Assembly: GCA_021613535.1 (NCBI GenBank)
Contig: CP075493.1
Coordinates: forward strand, 16,678,001 to 16,742,000
Length of the DNA stretch: 64,000 bases
Direction: 5' to 3'
Source: Adineta vaga
Lineage: Eukaryota > Animalia > Rotifera
In this document: in pieces, positions 46,964-59,936 of the stretch
Layout of the letters: each line of letters starts with the position of its first letter
How positions within the stretch are numbered: position 1 is the stretch's first letter
Program-made: the position numbers and the translations under genes
The notes under the pieces: model-generated
Databases searched by the model: none
Told to the model about the DNA's origin: nothing
Seen by the model: the letters and a program-made list of their open reading frames with translations, nothing else

Positions 46964-47422
46964 TTATGATTGTATCTCTTCGATTAGTTCGACTGCTTCT
47001 TTCCAATTTCGAGCTAATCTGACGGAATCAAGAAAATCAGGTTGAAATTTCCTCGCTCCCTCAATCTTTTTCGAATCTGAACAAAACCAAATTTTGATAA
47101 TAGACGATGGAAAAGTACGTAAAACTTGTATTCTATCATCAATCATAATATTTACTTTGTTATCATTAGCAATCGTGATTTTTTCATCATATTCTAAACA
47201 ATCATATTTTTGAATATGAGATAAATTGTATTTCTCCAGCCACATAATCGATTTTTGTTTGTATTTATCGTTGCATTTAGAAATAAAGATAATTCTATTT
47301 GATGGATTTTCTGATAATTTTATTATGGATTCTACGGAATCTTCAATGGGTTCGTCATTAACATTATTCTTTATTACACCACCAATATCGCAAGCAATGA
47401 CAGTCATTGGATGAGCACTCAT
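46964..47422 (-). CDS. Small HAD-superfamily hydrolase-like protein
   Basis: IACDIGGVI (motif I-like), FISK, MIDDR (motif IV); intronless. Confidence 0.65.
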   Translation of the reverse strand: MSAHPMTVIACDIGGVIKNNVNDEPIEDSVESIIKLSENPSNRIIFISKCNDKYKQKSIMWLEKYNLSHIQKYDCLEYDEKITIANDNKVNIMIDDRIQVLRTFPSSIIKIWFCSDSKKIEGARKFQPDFLDSVRLARNWKEAVELIEEIQS

Positions 47423-48052
47423 AACAATAATGATTATCTGAAGAAGAAAAAAAAACGTTATTTTATATCGTCTGTAAGTGAAAAATTCAATAATTATATA
47501 ATAGTAAAAAAACTTGATTAAAATGTCACTATGAGATTTGTGACATTTGCTTATGTATTCAGAAGAATTTCAACATCAACAGATAAAAACAATCATTGTC
47601 AAGGAACCTACTCAATTGCTGTTCAATCATAATCAATACGATCTGCAAAACATTCATGTTTACAGTTTTATTACTAATGGAAGATGATTTCGTTGTCTGT
47701 TTTGTGGGCGAAGTCTTAATTCTACCTAAATTTTCATTTATTCTATAGACTCAAAAAAAAAAAATTTCAAGCGTCATATTCGATTACTTTTATTTGCATG
47801 TCCTTATACTGAGAAAAATGGGAAGAATACTCTTACATTCATATCTGTGTGATGACGCGGCACAAAGGAAATCGCTGAACCATTGTACGAAATCTATCGT
47901 ACACTTTATACTCTTCGCATCGAATAGTTTTTGCATTGCTGCGCTGATCTTGCGCAATAATGATGACGAAAGAAAACTTGCGCAATAACATTTTGTGCGT
48001 AGGTTACTTGCGTGCTGCATTTTTGCAACAATCATACATCAGAACGAAGTTA

Positions 48053-48084
48053 TGAGTGTGGGTGTCAATCCTCTCCCCGCATCC
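48053..48084. repeat. Telomere-like palindrome family, short decayed copy
   Basis: TGAGTGTGGGTGTC-AATCCTCT-CCCCGCATCC. Confidence 0.55.
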
Positions 48085-48376
48085 ATTTGATTCACAGTTG
48101 TGTTTTCTCGTTCTTTTATATTTTTGAACACAAAAAATTGCTTTTCGAGAAGTTTTATACGTTTTTCTGACAATATCTCTCTGTATAAAAATGCATCGTA
48201 GGTGTTCCAAAAATCCGCTCCGAAACTCGGGATTTTGAAGCAAAAAAAGTAGATGGATCTCCATGGATTCACGCATATATTATTGGCTATTTAGTGAAGC
48301 TTATTACCAACAAGTTGATTTGAGTTAATAATTTATTTTAGAGATTCTATAGAAAATCAAATTCGAATAAAAAAAA

Positions 48377-49274
48377 CTAATCTTCCAACATATTAAGTGC
48401 AGTGTTTCTTAACTCAATCATTTGACTTAGTTCTTCGTTCATTTGTGTAATAATTCCAGAAATTGCAGTTGCAGTAAGATGATCACTTTTAATACTTTGT
48501 ATTAACGAGTAAATGTCATAGATTGCAAAAGCTCCATTAAGTACTATTGTACCCGTTCGTATAACGGTCATAGCTGCTTTTTTACTCACATTGAAACCAA
48601 AAAAGGCGAGCGCTTTCATTAACCCTTGAGATTGCATTCTCATACCCTTCCAAAAATAACCTCCAGTACGTAAGTACATGTTGGAAGCTCCGTTTGCCAC
48701 TTGTGCACATCTGCTCAACTGTAGTATATCTTCAGCAGATGCTCTCATGTTATTTCCAGTTTTAATAGCATTCCATAGTGATAAGAGATAAGCATGATCT
48801 TCTTTGATGTGTAATGCTCTAAGTTCATTGGCCACACGGTCAATTTCAGCAAAATATTGTCCCAAGCGATTGGCCACATTGTTTCTTCGGGCGCAGATCT
48901 TCTCTACCTGACTTTTTTCTATATTTTGAGTTGCCATGTCAGTGATATCAGTGGCAAGATTTACAACAGCTCCTGCTCCACATACTACAGCACCGTAACC
49001 AGTTGCTGCTACAATTGAAATACCACCTGCAAAGAAAGTAAATGTATTCTACGTTGAGGGTATAAATGTCATTACCTGTAATTGGCGCTAAAGCAAGTGC
49101 ACCTATTATAAAACCTGTACCGAGTAATGATGTGACAGTTCCCAGTGTTTTAGCGCCGTTGCATCTTTTCTGATGACGATTGATCCACCTCACTTCTTCT
49201 TCTAATTTTTCAATAATGTTTTGTGTTATTTGTATAAATTCGTTTAAAGTCGCAAGATAACTATTATCATCCAT
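48377..49274 (-). CDS. Apolipoprotein L-like protein, 2 exons
   Basis: Intron 49027..49075 joins the two ORFs in frame: HQKRCNGAKTLGTVTS...ALAPITGGISIV...; C-terminal FAIYDIYSLI followed by a coiled coil. Confidence 0.8.
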
Positions 49275-49875
49275 TTTGTTTTAATAAATTGATTTTCAGA
49301 TCTAAATATAATGACAGGATAGTGATATGGCAACCTGAGGATGAAATAACGATGTGTCCCAACAACTTATCAGCAATTATCATTATTTTTTCTTTAAGAA
49401 TACATGCACAATTTTGCATTTCCTACAAAATCAGATTCTCTACTAATTCTGTAACTGCAATGACTTTAAAATAACTTCTATATCTTGTTGAAATAATTCT
49501 ACATTACATTTACCGCAGTGATATACTTGTAAGTCAACGATTTACAAAAATTAAAACTAAATATCATGCATTTAGCTTTCTGTTCGACTGTGCCATTTTC
49601 TGAAAAAGAATCAATGTATAAATAGTAAGGAAAAGGAATTTTTCATTGTATTTATCAAATGTGAAATATTTCGTTTGAATCGTCTTTTTTTATCAATTCT
49701 TTCTTGAAGCTTTTACCTAATTCGCATGCAATATATGACGTGTAAAGCAATAAAAAGAAGTATCTTCCATCATGAAATAACTGTTAATAAAGATGTTGAG
49801 ATAAAGAAAAAATGTGTCTACAATGAAAAAAAGAATGGTAGTTTTGGAAACTCTCTAAAAAAGATTGCAATCTTA

Positions 49876-49894
49876 TCCACACCCACACCCTTCA
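49876..49894. repeat. Telomere-like palindrome family, C-rich arm only
   Basis: TCCACACCCACACCCTTCA. Confidence 0.7.
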
Positions 49895-50553
49895 GTATAC
49901 GAGCTAGTTATGCGTTTTCGTCTTTGATCTTTTTATTCATCATGTTTATTGTCTCAAATAAAAATATTTGAGTGTTATTGAATGGTGTTATAAACTGATG
50001 CGGTCACATATGTCTGGTTCCCTCATTTGAGCAGTCAGAAGTGGCGGACCGTTAGGACGTCGACTGCAAAACGAACAACATCATGTAGATTTCAATAGAT
50101 CTATTTTGTATACATCTTGATGGTATCTCATTTTCATCCACACTCTCACGATTAATTGTTCCATAGAGTTACTTTACACGAGAAACAAGAATATTAACTT
50201 TTAAGATATCAAAAAATCATATACCCGTATAAATTGCATCTAATATACTTGTTATTACTCAATCACAAAGATTCGAAATAAAAGAAGGAAAAATACTCTA
50301 TCGTGACTCATAACTATAAAATTAACATAAAATAGCTTTCGAAAATGTATCATCATCCTTTTTCACCCTGTAACGTCATGTTTGGCTACGATATTTCATC
50401 TTTTTAGTTCTTGACACGATTAATTGTGAAATATGTCATCATCATAAATAACGAAATCTTACATAATGACATAAATTATATTTGGTTTAAATAGAACGAA
50501 ATAATCTTGATTATATACAGTACACTTTCTATAATTGAACTATTATACATTCG

Positions 50554-52120
50554 ATGGGTAAAGAAAAAACACGTGTTAATATTGTTGTTATTGGCCATGT
50601 TGATTCGGGAAAATCAACAACATCTGGTCATTTAGTTTACAAATGTGGTGGTATCGATCGACGAACGATCGAAAAATATGAAAAAGAAGCTGAAGAAGTA
50701 AAGATTTTGTTTTTCAAATCTAATATATTTTAATATATTTATTGAATAAATAGATGGGCAAAGGTTCATTCAAATATGCTTGGGTTATGGATAAAGTCAA
50801 AGCTTCTCGAGAACGTGGTGTAACAATCGATATTTCACTTTCTCAATTCGATACAAATACATATGCTATAACTATTATTGATGCACCAGGTCATCGTGAT
50901 TTTATTAAAAATATGATAACTGGTACTTCACAAGCTGATTGTGCTGTATTAGTTGTATCAGCTAGTGTTGGTGAATTTGAAGCTGGTATTTCAAAAGAAG
51001 GTCAAACTCGTGAACATGCTCTATTAGCATATACATTAGGTGTAAAACAAATGATTGTTATTGTTAATAAAATGGATTCAACTAAACCAGCATTTTCTGA
51101 AGCACGTTTTAATGAAATTAAAGGTGAAGTATCAACATATATTAAAAAGATTGGTTATCAACCAGAAGCTGTTGCTTTTGTTCCTATTTCGGGTTGGCAT
51201 GGTGATAATATGATTTTAGCATCAGAAAATATGCCATGGTATAAAGGTTGGTCAGTTGAACGAAAAGAAGGAAATGCAAATGGAAAGACTTTACTTGAAG
51301 CTCTTGATGCTATTGTTCCACCACAACGTCTAACCGATAGACCACTTCGATTACCAATTCAAGATGTGTATAAAATTGGTGGTATTGGAACAGTACCTGT
51401 TGGTCGTGTTGAAACTGGTATACTCAAACCAAATATGATTGTTAATTTTGCACCAGCGAATTTAACTGGTGAAGTTCGTTCAGTTGAAATGCATCATGAA
51501 GATATTGAACGTATGATTATTATTTTTAATGATAAATTTATTTTATTTTTTTTTTGTTTTATTCCATTTTAGAAGCAGAACCTGGTTTTAATATTGGTTT
51601 CAATATTCGAAATGTTAGCGTTAAAGAACTTCACCGTGGATATGTTTGTTCCGATACAAAAAATGATCCAGCATTAGAAGCAGCAAATTTTACTGCTCAA
51701 GTAAGAATATTTATCTTGCCATCTATATGCAATATAAATTTTCATTATTAGGTAATTGTTCTTAATCATGATCAAATTCGTCCAGGTTATTCACCAGTTC
51801 TTGATTGTCATACAGCTCATATAGCTTGTAAATTTTCGGAATTAATTTCTAAAGTTGATCGTCGAACAGGTCGAGTTATTGAAGAAAATCCAGAATTTAT
51901 TAAATCAGGTGAATCTGCGATGGTCAAAATGATTCCAACAAAACCAATGTGTGTTGAAAAATTTGCTGAATATCCACCATTAGGTCGTTTTGCTGTTCGT
52001 GATATGCGTCGAACAGTAGCTGTTGGTGTTATTAAAGAAGTTGAAAAGAAACCATTTTCATCAGGCAAAGCAGTTAAAGGATCTACTGCTGCTACTACTG
52101 TTAAAAAAGAAAAAAAATAG
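50554..52120 (+). CDS. EEF1A: Elongation factor 1-alpha, divergent paralogue, 4 exons
   Basis: [46 protein letters not shown]; introns 50698..50753, 51511..51572, 51701..51751. Confidence 0.95.
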
Positions 52121-52485
52121 GAAATAGGGTTCTTTCGCAAATACTCATCACAACAGCCACAACATAAAATATTTCATACCATGATATATTTATTCCTTGA
52201 GACTTATTGGGAACGAAGACGAAAACAAAAAGATTTTTATTCTTGGAAAATTTCATTTCTTTGAATTCTTATCTCGAAATTAATCTAATTTCTAGTCTCT
52301 ACATTCATGTAAAATAAGTTGTGATTATACGAACTGTCTTTATTTTTTAGTATTTGCGAAACCTTTTTTCTTTTATATTATTCACAAGAAAAGAACAAAT
52401 AAAAGTTTTTATCCTAAATTTAAGTTATAATCTTTTGATTGTGAATGTATGTCATGCGATACTTTGAGGATTTATTTTAGCTAAA

Positions 52486-52543
52486 TTGAGAATGTGGGTG
52501 TAGAGAAACGACTCCTTTACCTACAATCTCACCTACATCCACA
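52486..52543. repeat. Telomere-like palindrome family, decayed
   Basis: TTGAGAATGTGGGTGTAG ... CTCACCTACATCCACA. Confidence 0.7.
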
Positions 52544-53302
52544 AAAAATCTAACATTACGTGTTGTTGTATCAGAAACATCATTTGGTGGAAGAACTACT
52601 ACTGTTATAAGTGAACTTGGTAGGAAACGATTTCTAGAAGAGAAACTATCGCAAGCACTTTCCAAAGCAATATCATTGAATACAAGTGTATTATTGCGTA
52701 TAACTAAAGACATAGATCAATATCAATACAAAATCTATCATTTTTACACAAAATAGTATTGTTGCAGAACAATTACTAATATTATGCTGTGAAGAGAAAT
52801 GGTTCGTTGTCACCTATACTATATTACTTCTTTTTGTATAGACGATAAAGACTGTCAACATAATCTATCAACTATAATGTTTTCGCTAGTTTTTGATTGA
52901 GTTATTCTCTAGTGGATTGTATGTGTGAGATTTCTTTCGCAATTTCACACGATAACTTTATGAATTCAATTGTTATTCATTCTCGCCTAATTTGAAGCTA
53001 TTCTACATAAATCTCTAAAATGAAACAAATTTTTATTTCATGTTTTTGAAAAGAAGACAAAACGAACAGAGTTTAGGTGTTTACAACTAACACAACATCG
53101 TTCATTTGATATATAATTTAAAAATATCCATTCAAAGAAAAAAATATTATTTTTTTCTAAAAACGAATAAGTTGTTTCTGATTAGTATAAAAAAAGATAA
53201 CAAAGAGAAAAGAATGAGTAAATAATGTATTGTTTGTTTCCGAACAAAGTTTATATCTTTAATAATACAGTTTAGATAAATTATAATTATTCAGATTATA
53301 AA

Positions 53303-54067
53303 TCACCAAAGAACATAACATCCAACAGAAACAATCGAAGTTAATAGTATCCAAGAACACCATCCTAATATTTGCATTGTTTTTAAAGCACGTTTTACAA
53401 CTTGTGTATCATTAACGTTGGGAAATGGAATGTTTTTTGGAATATCTACTTCTAAGAACTTGCAAAGTGGAGCCCAACCTTCTTTTACATTAAAAACGAG
53501 TAAATCTTTTTCATTATTTTCGTTAATTACACGTTTATTATGTTGATCATGCATTTTTGGACCAATTTTTCCATATTCTCGTATCCATTTTCTCGTAAGT
53601 TTTCTAGTAACTACACATTGCAAACGCAAAAATCGGATGAGATACATTGAAAAATAATGAAGATCGCTATTAATTGTTGATCCAAAAGTATTTTGTATAC
53701 TTTCATACCATTTTTCACCACTATCGCGCACAGTGAGTATAATCTTTGCCTTTGGAAAGGCTTGGTGAATTTCTTTGTATAAATCAGCTGTAGGAGAATC
53801 TACTGTCGATCCATATCCTTTCATCAATACACGAAAATCAACTTTCTCACCATCGAGTGCACGTGCAAATTCTATACTTCGATCAGGTTTAGCGAACAAT
53901 TCCGACATATGATGACAAGGACCAAAGCCAAGAATTTCGAGAGCAGCTTTCAATGACGATGTGCCTGTGCGTGGTAGTCCAGCTCCAATGACACATAGAT
54001 CACCAGCATCATCAAAATCTTCTTTTTGACTCTGTGGGAGCATTCGTCGTATAAGTGTCCACAACAT
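53303..54067 (-). CDS. Sulfotransferase-like P-loop protein (fungal/bacterial type)
   Basis: VIGAGLPRTGTSSLKAAL...CHHM...KIILTVRD...W...KEGWAPLCKFL...FPNVND with a C-terminal TM segment; intronless. Confidence 0.8.
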   Translation of the reverse strand: MLWTLIRRMLPQSQKEDFDDAGDLCVIGAGLPRTGTSSLKAALEILGFGPCHHMSELFAKPDRSIEFARALDGEKVDFRVLMKGYGSTVDSPTADLYKEIHQAFPKAKIILTVRDSGEKWYESIQNTFGSTINSDLHYFSMYLIRFLRLQCVVTRKLTRKWIREYGKIGPKMHDQHNKRVINENNEKDLLVFNVKEGWAPLCKFLEVDIPKNIPFPNVNDTQVVKRALKTMQILGWCSWILLTSIVSVGCYVLW

Positions 54068-54753
54068 TTGAATAATATTCGACTGTTAAATTATCTATAA
54101 ATAAAACATCAGTCGATAAGTTTTCAAGTTCAAAATTAGTAACTACTATTTTTCTTCAAATATAAATATTAATAAACAAATTCAAAAAAGAAATACGTTT
54201 TACCTTATGTTTAGAAAAGACAAAAATATAAGAAAAATGTACTCGTTGACGTACACTATCGATAAAGAATATTTAAATATACTTACATTCGTATTATATA
54301 TGACTTCGTATCTATGTGCGCAGTGTATACGTCATCAAATCAAATCGTCGTATGTTCTGTACTTACTTACGCACTATATTCGAGTCAATAATAATCGATA
54401 ACGTAAGAGAAAAAAGAGATATATTCTCATAGTACAGTCTTGCGTACGTAGCTTTCAATCAATAGGTCAATTCTTTGAACTTATATAGAATGAAAAATTT
54501 CACATGTCTGATGGAAATATATAGAAAAGAGAAATGTCGAAACGGGAAATGACGGAGAAAGAAAATGTTCGACGGATAGGATGTATGAATAAGAAATAAA
54601 AATTCCAGTCGATATTTCAAGAGAAAATTACTTTATGAAAGAAGGTCATTTTTTGTTCGATTTAATATCCGTTGCAACAACATAAGATAATCCGTACAAA
54701 ATTTCATTAGGATTAATATCAGAGATAGACAAGTATGAACTTTTTCGAGTATT

Positions 54754-54807
54754 TTAAGAGTGCGGGGCTGTGTGAGAGTCGCTGGTTCATCATCCACACC
54801 CTCAAGA
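54754..54807. repeat. Telomere-like palindrome family
   Basis: TTAAGAGTGCGGGGCTGTGTGAG ... CATCCACACCCTCAAGA. Confidence 0.75.
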
Positions 54808-54949
54808 TGACATCAGAAGAAAGAATGGCTTATTCTACTTATAATGAAGTATGCTTTTAGATATAAGTTATCATTCATATTTAAAGAGAAATAAATCTTT
54901 TCATAGCCATCTGAAATTGACCTTTATCAAGTTAAACTAAAGACTTGCA

Positions 54950-55005
54950 TGAGGGTGAGACTGCAGGTGTCGGTATCTCCTCTTCTGTCACACCCACACA
55001 TACCC
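54950..55005. repeat. Telomere-like palindrome family
   Basis: TGAGGGTGAG...GGTGTC ... TCACACCCACACATACCC. Confidence 0.7.
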
Positions 55006-55175
55006 AAAGTAACGGTTTCAATGATACAACTCATATGTCTTTTGAAGCAAAGCACTAAAAGACAAATACAAAGATTTTATTAAATGATTCGACAATAACG
55101 CATTTGAAAGAGCATTCAATATTCAAAGTTCTGAACTTTCAGTCATAAACTGTATCCGTTTGCAAAACAACGCAG

Positions 55176-58100
55176 TCATGTATCAATGACTGATATGGTT
55201 ACGTGACGTTTCGCTTTCCATTTTCGAATACAGTACATAATTAATTTAACGATTATTGGTACAGTGATCTTTAACACTGTTGTTAATCCACCTATGACAC
55301 CAATCAATGTTGTTATTACGTAAATTACAGAATTTCTTGTCTTCACTACATAACGACATTCACTTGGTTGACATTCATTGTAATATTTATCATAAATTGA
55401 TGTTCCATTCCATTCTTCAATCATTAATTTGTTAAGCAAATCATTGATCGTTGATGTTTCCGAGTATTGATTTGATATTAATGCAGGAGGATTTAACTGA
55501 CCTGTTATGTAATAGGATGATAAATAATCCTGTAGTTTCGCAATACATGATTGATTATAAAAACATTGAAGATTCGACTGAAGCAAAGATTCTATTAATA
55601 AGCAACCCGTATAAAAACCCGGTACAGTAAAGGATGATGGATTGGTTCCGCCCGAATTTAGAGAGATACGAGAGGGCATTGTACATTCATCTGTTTGATC
55701 ACAATCACAATCATAATAATGTACTCCTGGTGTATAAACTTCACCAACAATTCCTGATTGTTGTAACAAATAATAATTGGTTTGCAACGCAGAAAATAAA
55801 CGATTTGCTTCTGTGAGACGTCGAATCAAATTAAGAGATAATAAAAAATTAGCAGTTGTCGATGATTGAAAGTCATCAATGAGTGATTGAGTTTGTGATT
55901 GAAATAATAATTGAGGGGTCAAATATGCCGCGACATATTGACTTGATTTGAATTGTATCAAATTATTAGCCATTGTATTTTCGATAAGTTTACAAAATCC
56001 ATTCAATGCTTGAAAAGAATACAATCCTACCACTCGAAAATCGTAGCTATATATATCACCGATAAAAAGAGCAGAAGAAAGAGACCAATTGCCCGTGACA
56101 AAAACACTTCTGCATACTGCATGTAGTGCATACTTGATATCTAAAAATTTCTCATAATTAATCGAGATATGTTCACACGGACATACAAGAGTTTGTGAGT
56201 ATGTTGCATTTAATTGCGAATAGTCACTCAAAGTAGGATTTTTGAAAGTGATCGTCTGTTGAATGTCGATTAGTGATGTGTAGAAGAGTAGAATCGTTAG
56301 TATTGAAAGAAATAATGCAATAAATAACCGTGTACATATTCGTTGATGACGAAGTTTTTGTTCATCAATTGACGGTGGAATAGATGGAAAAAGATTAAAA
56401 TTTATCAAAAAAACTTTGAACTTGTTCCATAGTAAGAAGACTCGTTCTTTCTTCGACACGACTATCAAATTGAAAGAAATAGGTAAATATAAATGCTATT
56501 TTTTAATGATCGTACTTACTTATCACTGGTTGCATTAATTGTTTCTTCCTTCGAATAAACTGAACTACTCTTGGTACAATCAATTTGAGCACCGTTGTTA
56601 AACCACCCACGATACCAATTAATGTTGTGATTATGTAAATTAGATTATTTTTTGTCACAATCGTATAATGACAAACGCTCGGTTTACATGCCTGAAAATA
56701 CGCCTCATATTCTCCTGTTCCATTCCACTTTTCAAGCATTATATTGAAAATAAGATTATTGATTTTGGTTCTCGGTGAATATTGACTTAATGAAGATGCA
56801 TTGAGAGCTTTCACTTCTACTGCAAATTCTGATGATAAATAAACTAAAAATTGATCTACACAAGTTTGATTATAAAAACATTCAAGACTAGATTGAAGTA
56901 ATGATTCAATAACATAACAACCATAATAAAAATCTGTTATGTTAGCTAATGTATTATGACCTGGATAACTATAAATAGAAGATTGTGCAATACAAACAGG
57001 TGAATTACTACAACGACAATCAGGATAAACAATTTCACCGGCAACTATTCGATTATAACCAGTTGGTATGTAAAAAACATAATATGATGCCAGTGCTGAA
57101 AATAAGGCGTTTCCTTGAGTCATATTACGAATCATATTGAGTGCGACTATAAAATTATTAGTTGTAGATATTCGACACTGATCACTATATGATCGAGTAT
57201 GGATTCGAAACAATTCCAAAGATGTAAGACTTGCAGTTACATAACGACTTCCATTGAACTGAGCTAGACTGATCGAAATTGTATTCTCAATTAATTCACA
57301 AAATCCTCTTAATGCTTCAAATGCATATGTACCGGTGACTTGAAAATCCATAATGTAGTATGGACCTGTACCTTTCAGATACATTATCCATTGATCAGTA
57401 ATAAAAATGCTATTGCATACTTGATGTAATACGTACTCGATATGAATAAATTTTCCATAATCAATCGAAATTTGAGTACATGGACATGTCAGAGTTTGCC
57501 AATATTTTTCATATAATTGTGAATATTTTGTCAGAGTAGGTTCTGGAATAGTAATTGTCGTTTCAATACTAATCAATGATGTATATAGGATGAGAATAAT
57601 TAATACTAAGATAAATAAGATGATAAAAATTCTTGTCGATATTCGTTGAGTTCGAAGTTCATATTCATCAGGTGAAGGTGGAATAGATGGAAATAAATTG
57701 AACATGATACAATAACGTTTTATTTTGAGAATCAAACGAAAAATATGTTCATACCAGAGAAGTACTAGAAAATAATGTATATGTTAAATTCGATTTCAAA
57801 GTTTAAACCTATTGAACTTAGTTTCATTGATATATAGCCTTCAAATTTTGTGAGACTGTTTTCTCATTCTCTAACTAAGTAAGAATCCATAATAATTACT
57901 CAAAAATTTTCAATAAAATCTCTATCAATGATCCCATGATAATATCTTACCAGTCTCTTGTTGTTTTTTATCTTTTTTCTTATTCCGTATAAACTTCACT
58001 ACTTGTGGTACAATGAATGTCAAAACTGTTGTTAATCCACCTATGACACCAATCAATGTTGTTATTACGTAAATTACAGAATTTCTTGTCTTCACTACAT

Positions 58101-59198
58101 AACGACATTCACTTGGTTGACATTCATTGTAATATTTATCATAAATTGATGTTCCATTCCATTCTTCAATCATTAATTTACTAAGCAAATCATTGATCGT
58201 TGATGTTTTCGAATATTGACTTGGTAATGTTGAATTCAAAGCAATAATATCCAAGGAAAAAGTTGAAGTTATATAACGTTGTATTTCTTCTATACATGAT
58301 TGATTATAAAAACATTCAAGATTCGATTGAAGTAATGATTCAACTACAAAACATCCTATATAAAATCCAGGTACACTCACATTTAGATTTTGATTAGATT
58401 GATATATATTCGATTGCTCGATGCATGTACTATATACCGTACAATCACAATTTCCATATGTTCTTGAATCTACACTGACGATATAATTAGATCCTACATT
58501 AATATGTATATTTGTTTGTAGTCCAGAAACTAAATGATTTGCTTGAGTTGTATTTCGAATCATATTAAGAGATAATAAAAAACTAGTAGTTGCCGACGAT
58601 TTAAACTGATATAAGAATGATCTCATTTGTGATTCAAACAATTCGACTGGTGTCAGAGTTGCTGTAATATATCGAGTTGAATTGAACTGAGTTAAACTCT
58701 GAGAAATTGTACTTTGAATAAGATCACAAAACATACTCAAGATTTCAAATGCATACGAGCTTGTAACTCGAAAATCATTACGAAGATATTCAGATTTAAT
58801 AGGTGATATCAAATATGAAATCCATGTATCAGTTACAAACATGCTATTGCATACTTGATGTAATACGTACTCGATATGAATAAATTTTCCATAATCAATT
58901 GAAATTTGAGTACATGGACATGTCAGAGTTTGCCAATATTTTTCATATAATTGTGAATATTTTGTCAGAGTAGGTTCTGGAATAGTAATTGTCGTTTCAA
59001 TACTAATCAATGATGTATATAGGATGAGAATAATTAATGCTAAGATAAATAAGATGATAAAAATTCTTGTCGATATTCGTTGAGGTCGAAGTTCATATTC
59101 ATCAGGTGAAGGTGGAATAGATGGAAATAGATTAAGATTTTGAAAAAAATGTTTAGTTTTTTGCCAGATTTGAGATACTTTCTGATGACTATCTGTTC
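55176..59198 (-). CDS. Membrane protein of three tandem ~410-aa TM/Cys-rich ectodomain/TM modules, one per exon
   Basis: Exons 59198..57951, 57764..56520 and 56461..55176 join in frame through phase-1 GT-AG introns; each has LxCPC, GCxxxESLLQSxLxCFYNQxC and YxxCxPSxC. First coding exon not identified. Confidence 0.8.
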
Positions 59199-59773
59199 CT
59201 AAAATGAAATGTATACAATATTTTATTTTCATTACTCAATGAAATGTTCTGAGAAAACGATAACATACGATTCATTTTAGATTTATTTTAGTTAATATTG
59301 AAGTTATGATGAAAATTCAAATAAAAATGAATTCTAAATAGACAAATATAATTTCGGTAGATAGTAAATTATATTGTTATTATTGATTAGTATACCTAGA
59401 TCTTTAAATATATGTTGTACTTTTTCAGAAAAAGTACTTTTTATAAGTATGAGATACAGAATACTCGTAAATAATGTTCATGATATAGGATAACAAGAAA
59501 TAAAATCTCATTATTTTCTCATTGAAAGTTGATATTTATCTGAAGTGTATTGCCTTCCGTCATAGAATAATTTTTGTTTCAACAGAATACTGTTTCCGTG
59601 CATAATAGAAACAATAAAAATGTAATTATTTTGATGATCGTTTTTTGACTAAAAGTTGTAATCAATAAATGAATGCATAAAATATAATTAGAAAGATCTA
59701 CGAAATATTGGGAATATAGTTACAGGTTATTGTTTGGGCAATCATTCGCATCTCGTTGAACTCTTATAATAGT

Positions 59774-59830
59774 TCTTGAGGGTATAGGTATGAATATTTA
59801 ACCGTTATTTACGTCCACACCTACACCCTA
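59774..59830. repeat. Telomere-like palindrome family
   Basis: TCTTGAGGGTATAGGTATG ... CCACACCTACACCCTA. Confidence 0.8.
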
Positions 59831-59936
59831 TAGCCATATACACCTACAGGATATTATTTTTCTAATTATCTTTAAATAGTTGAAATGTCATATGAAAAAC
59901 TTAAAATAAAATAAAATCTGTATAAATTCGTGTCTT

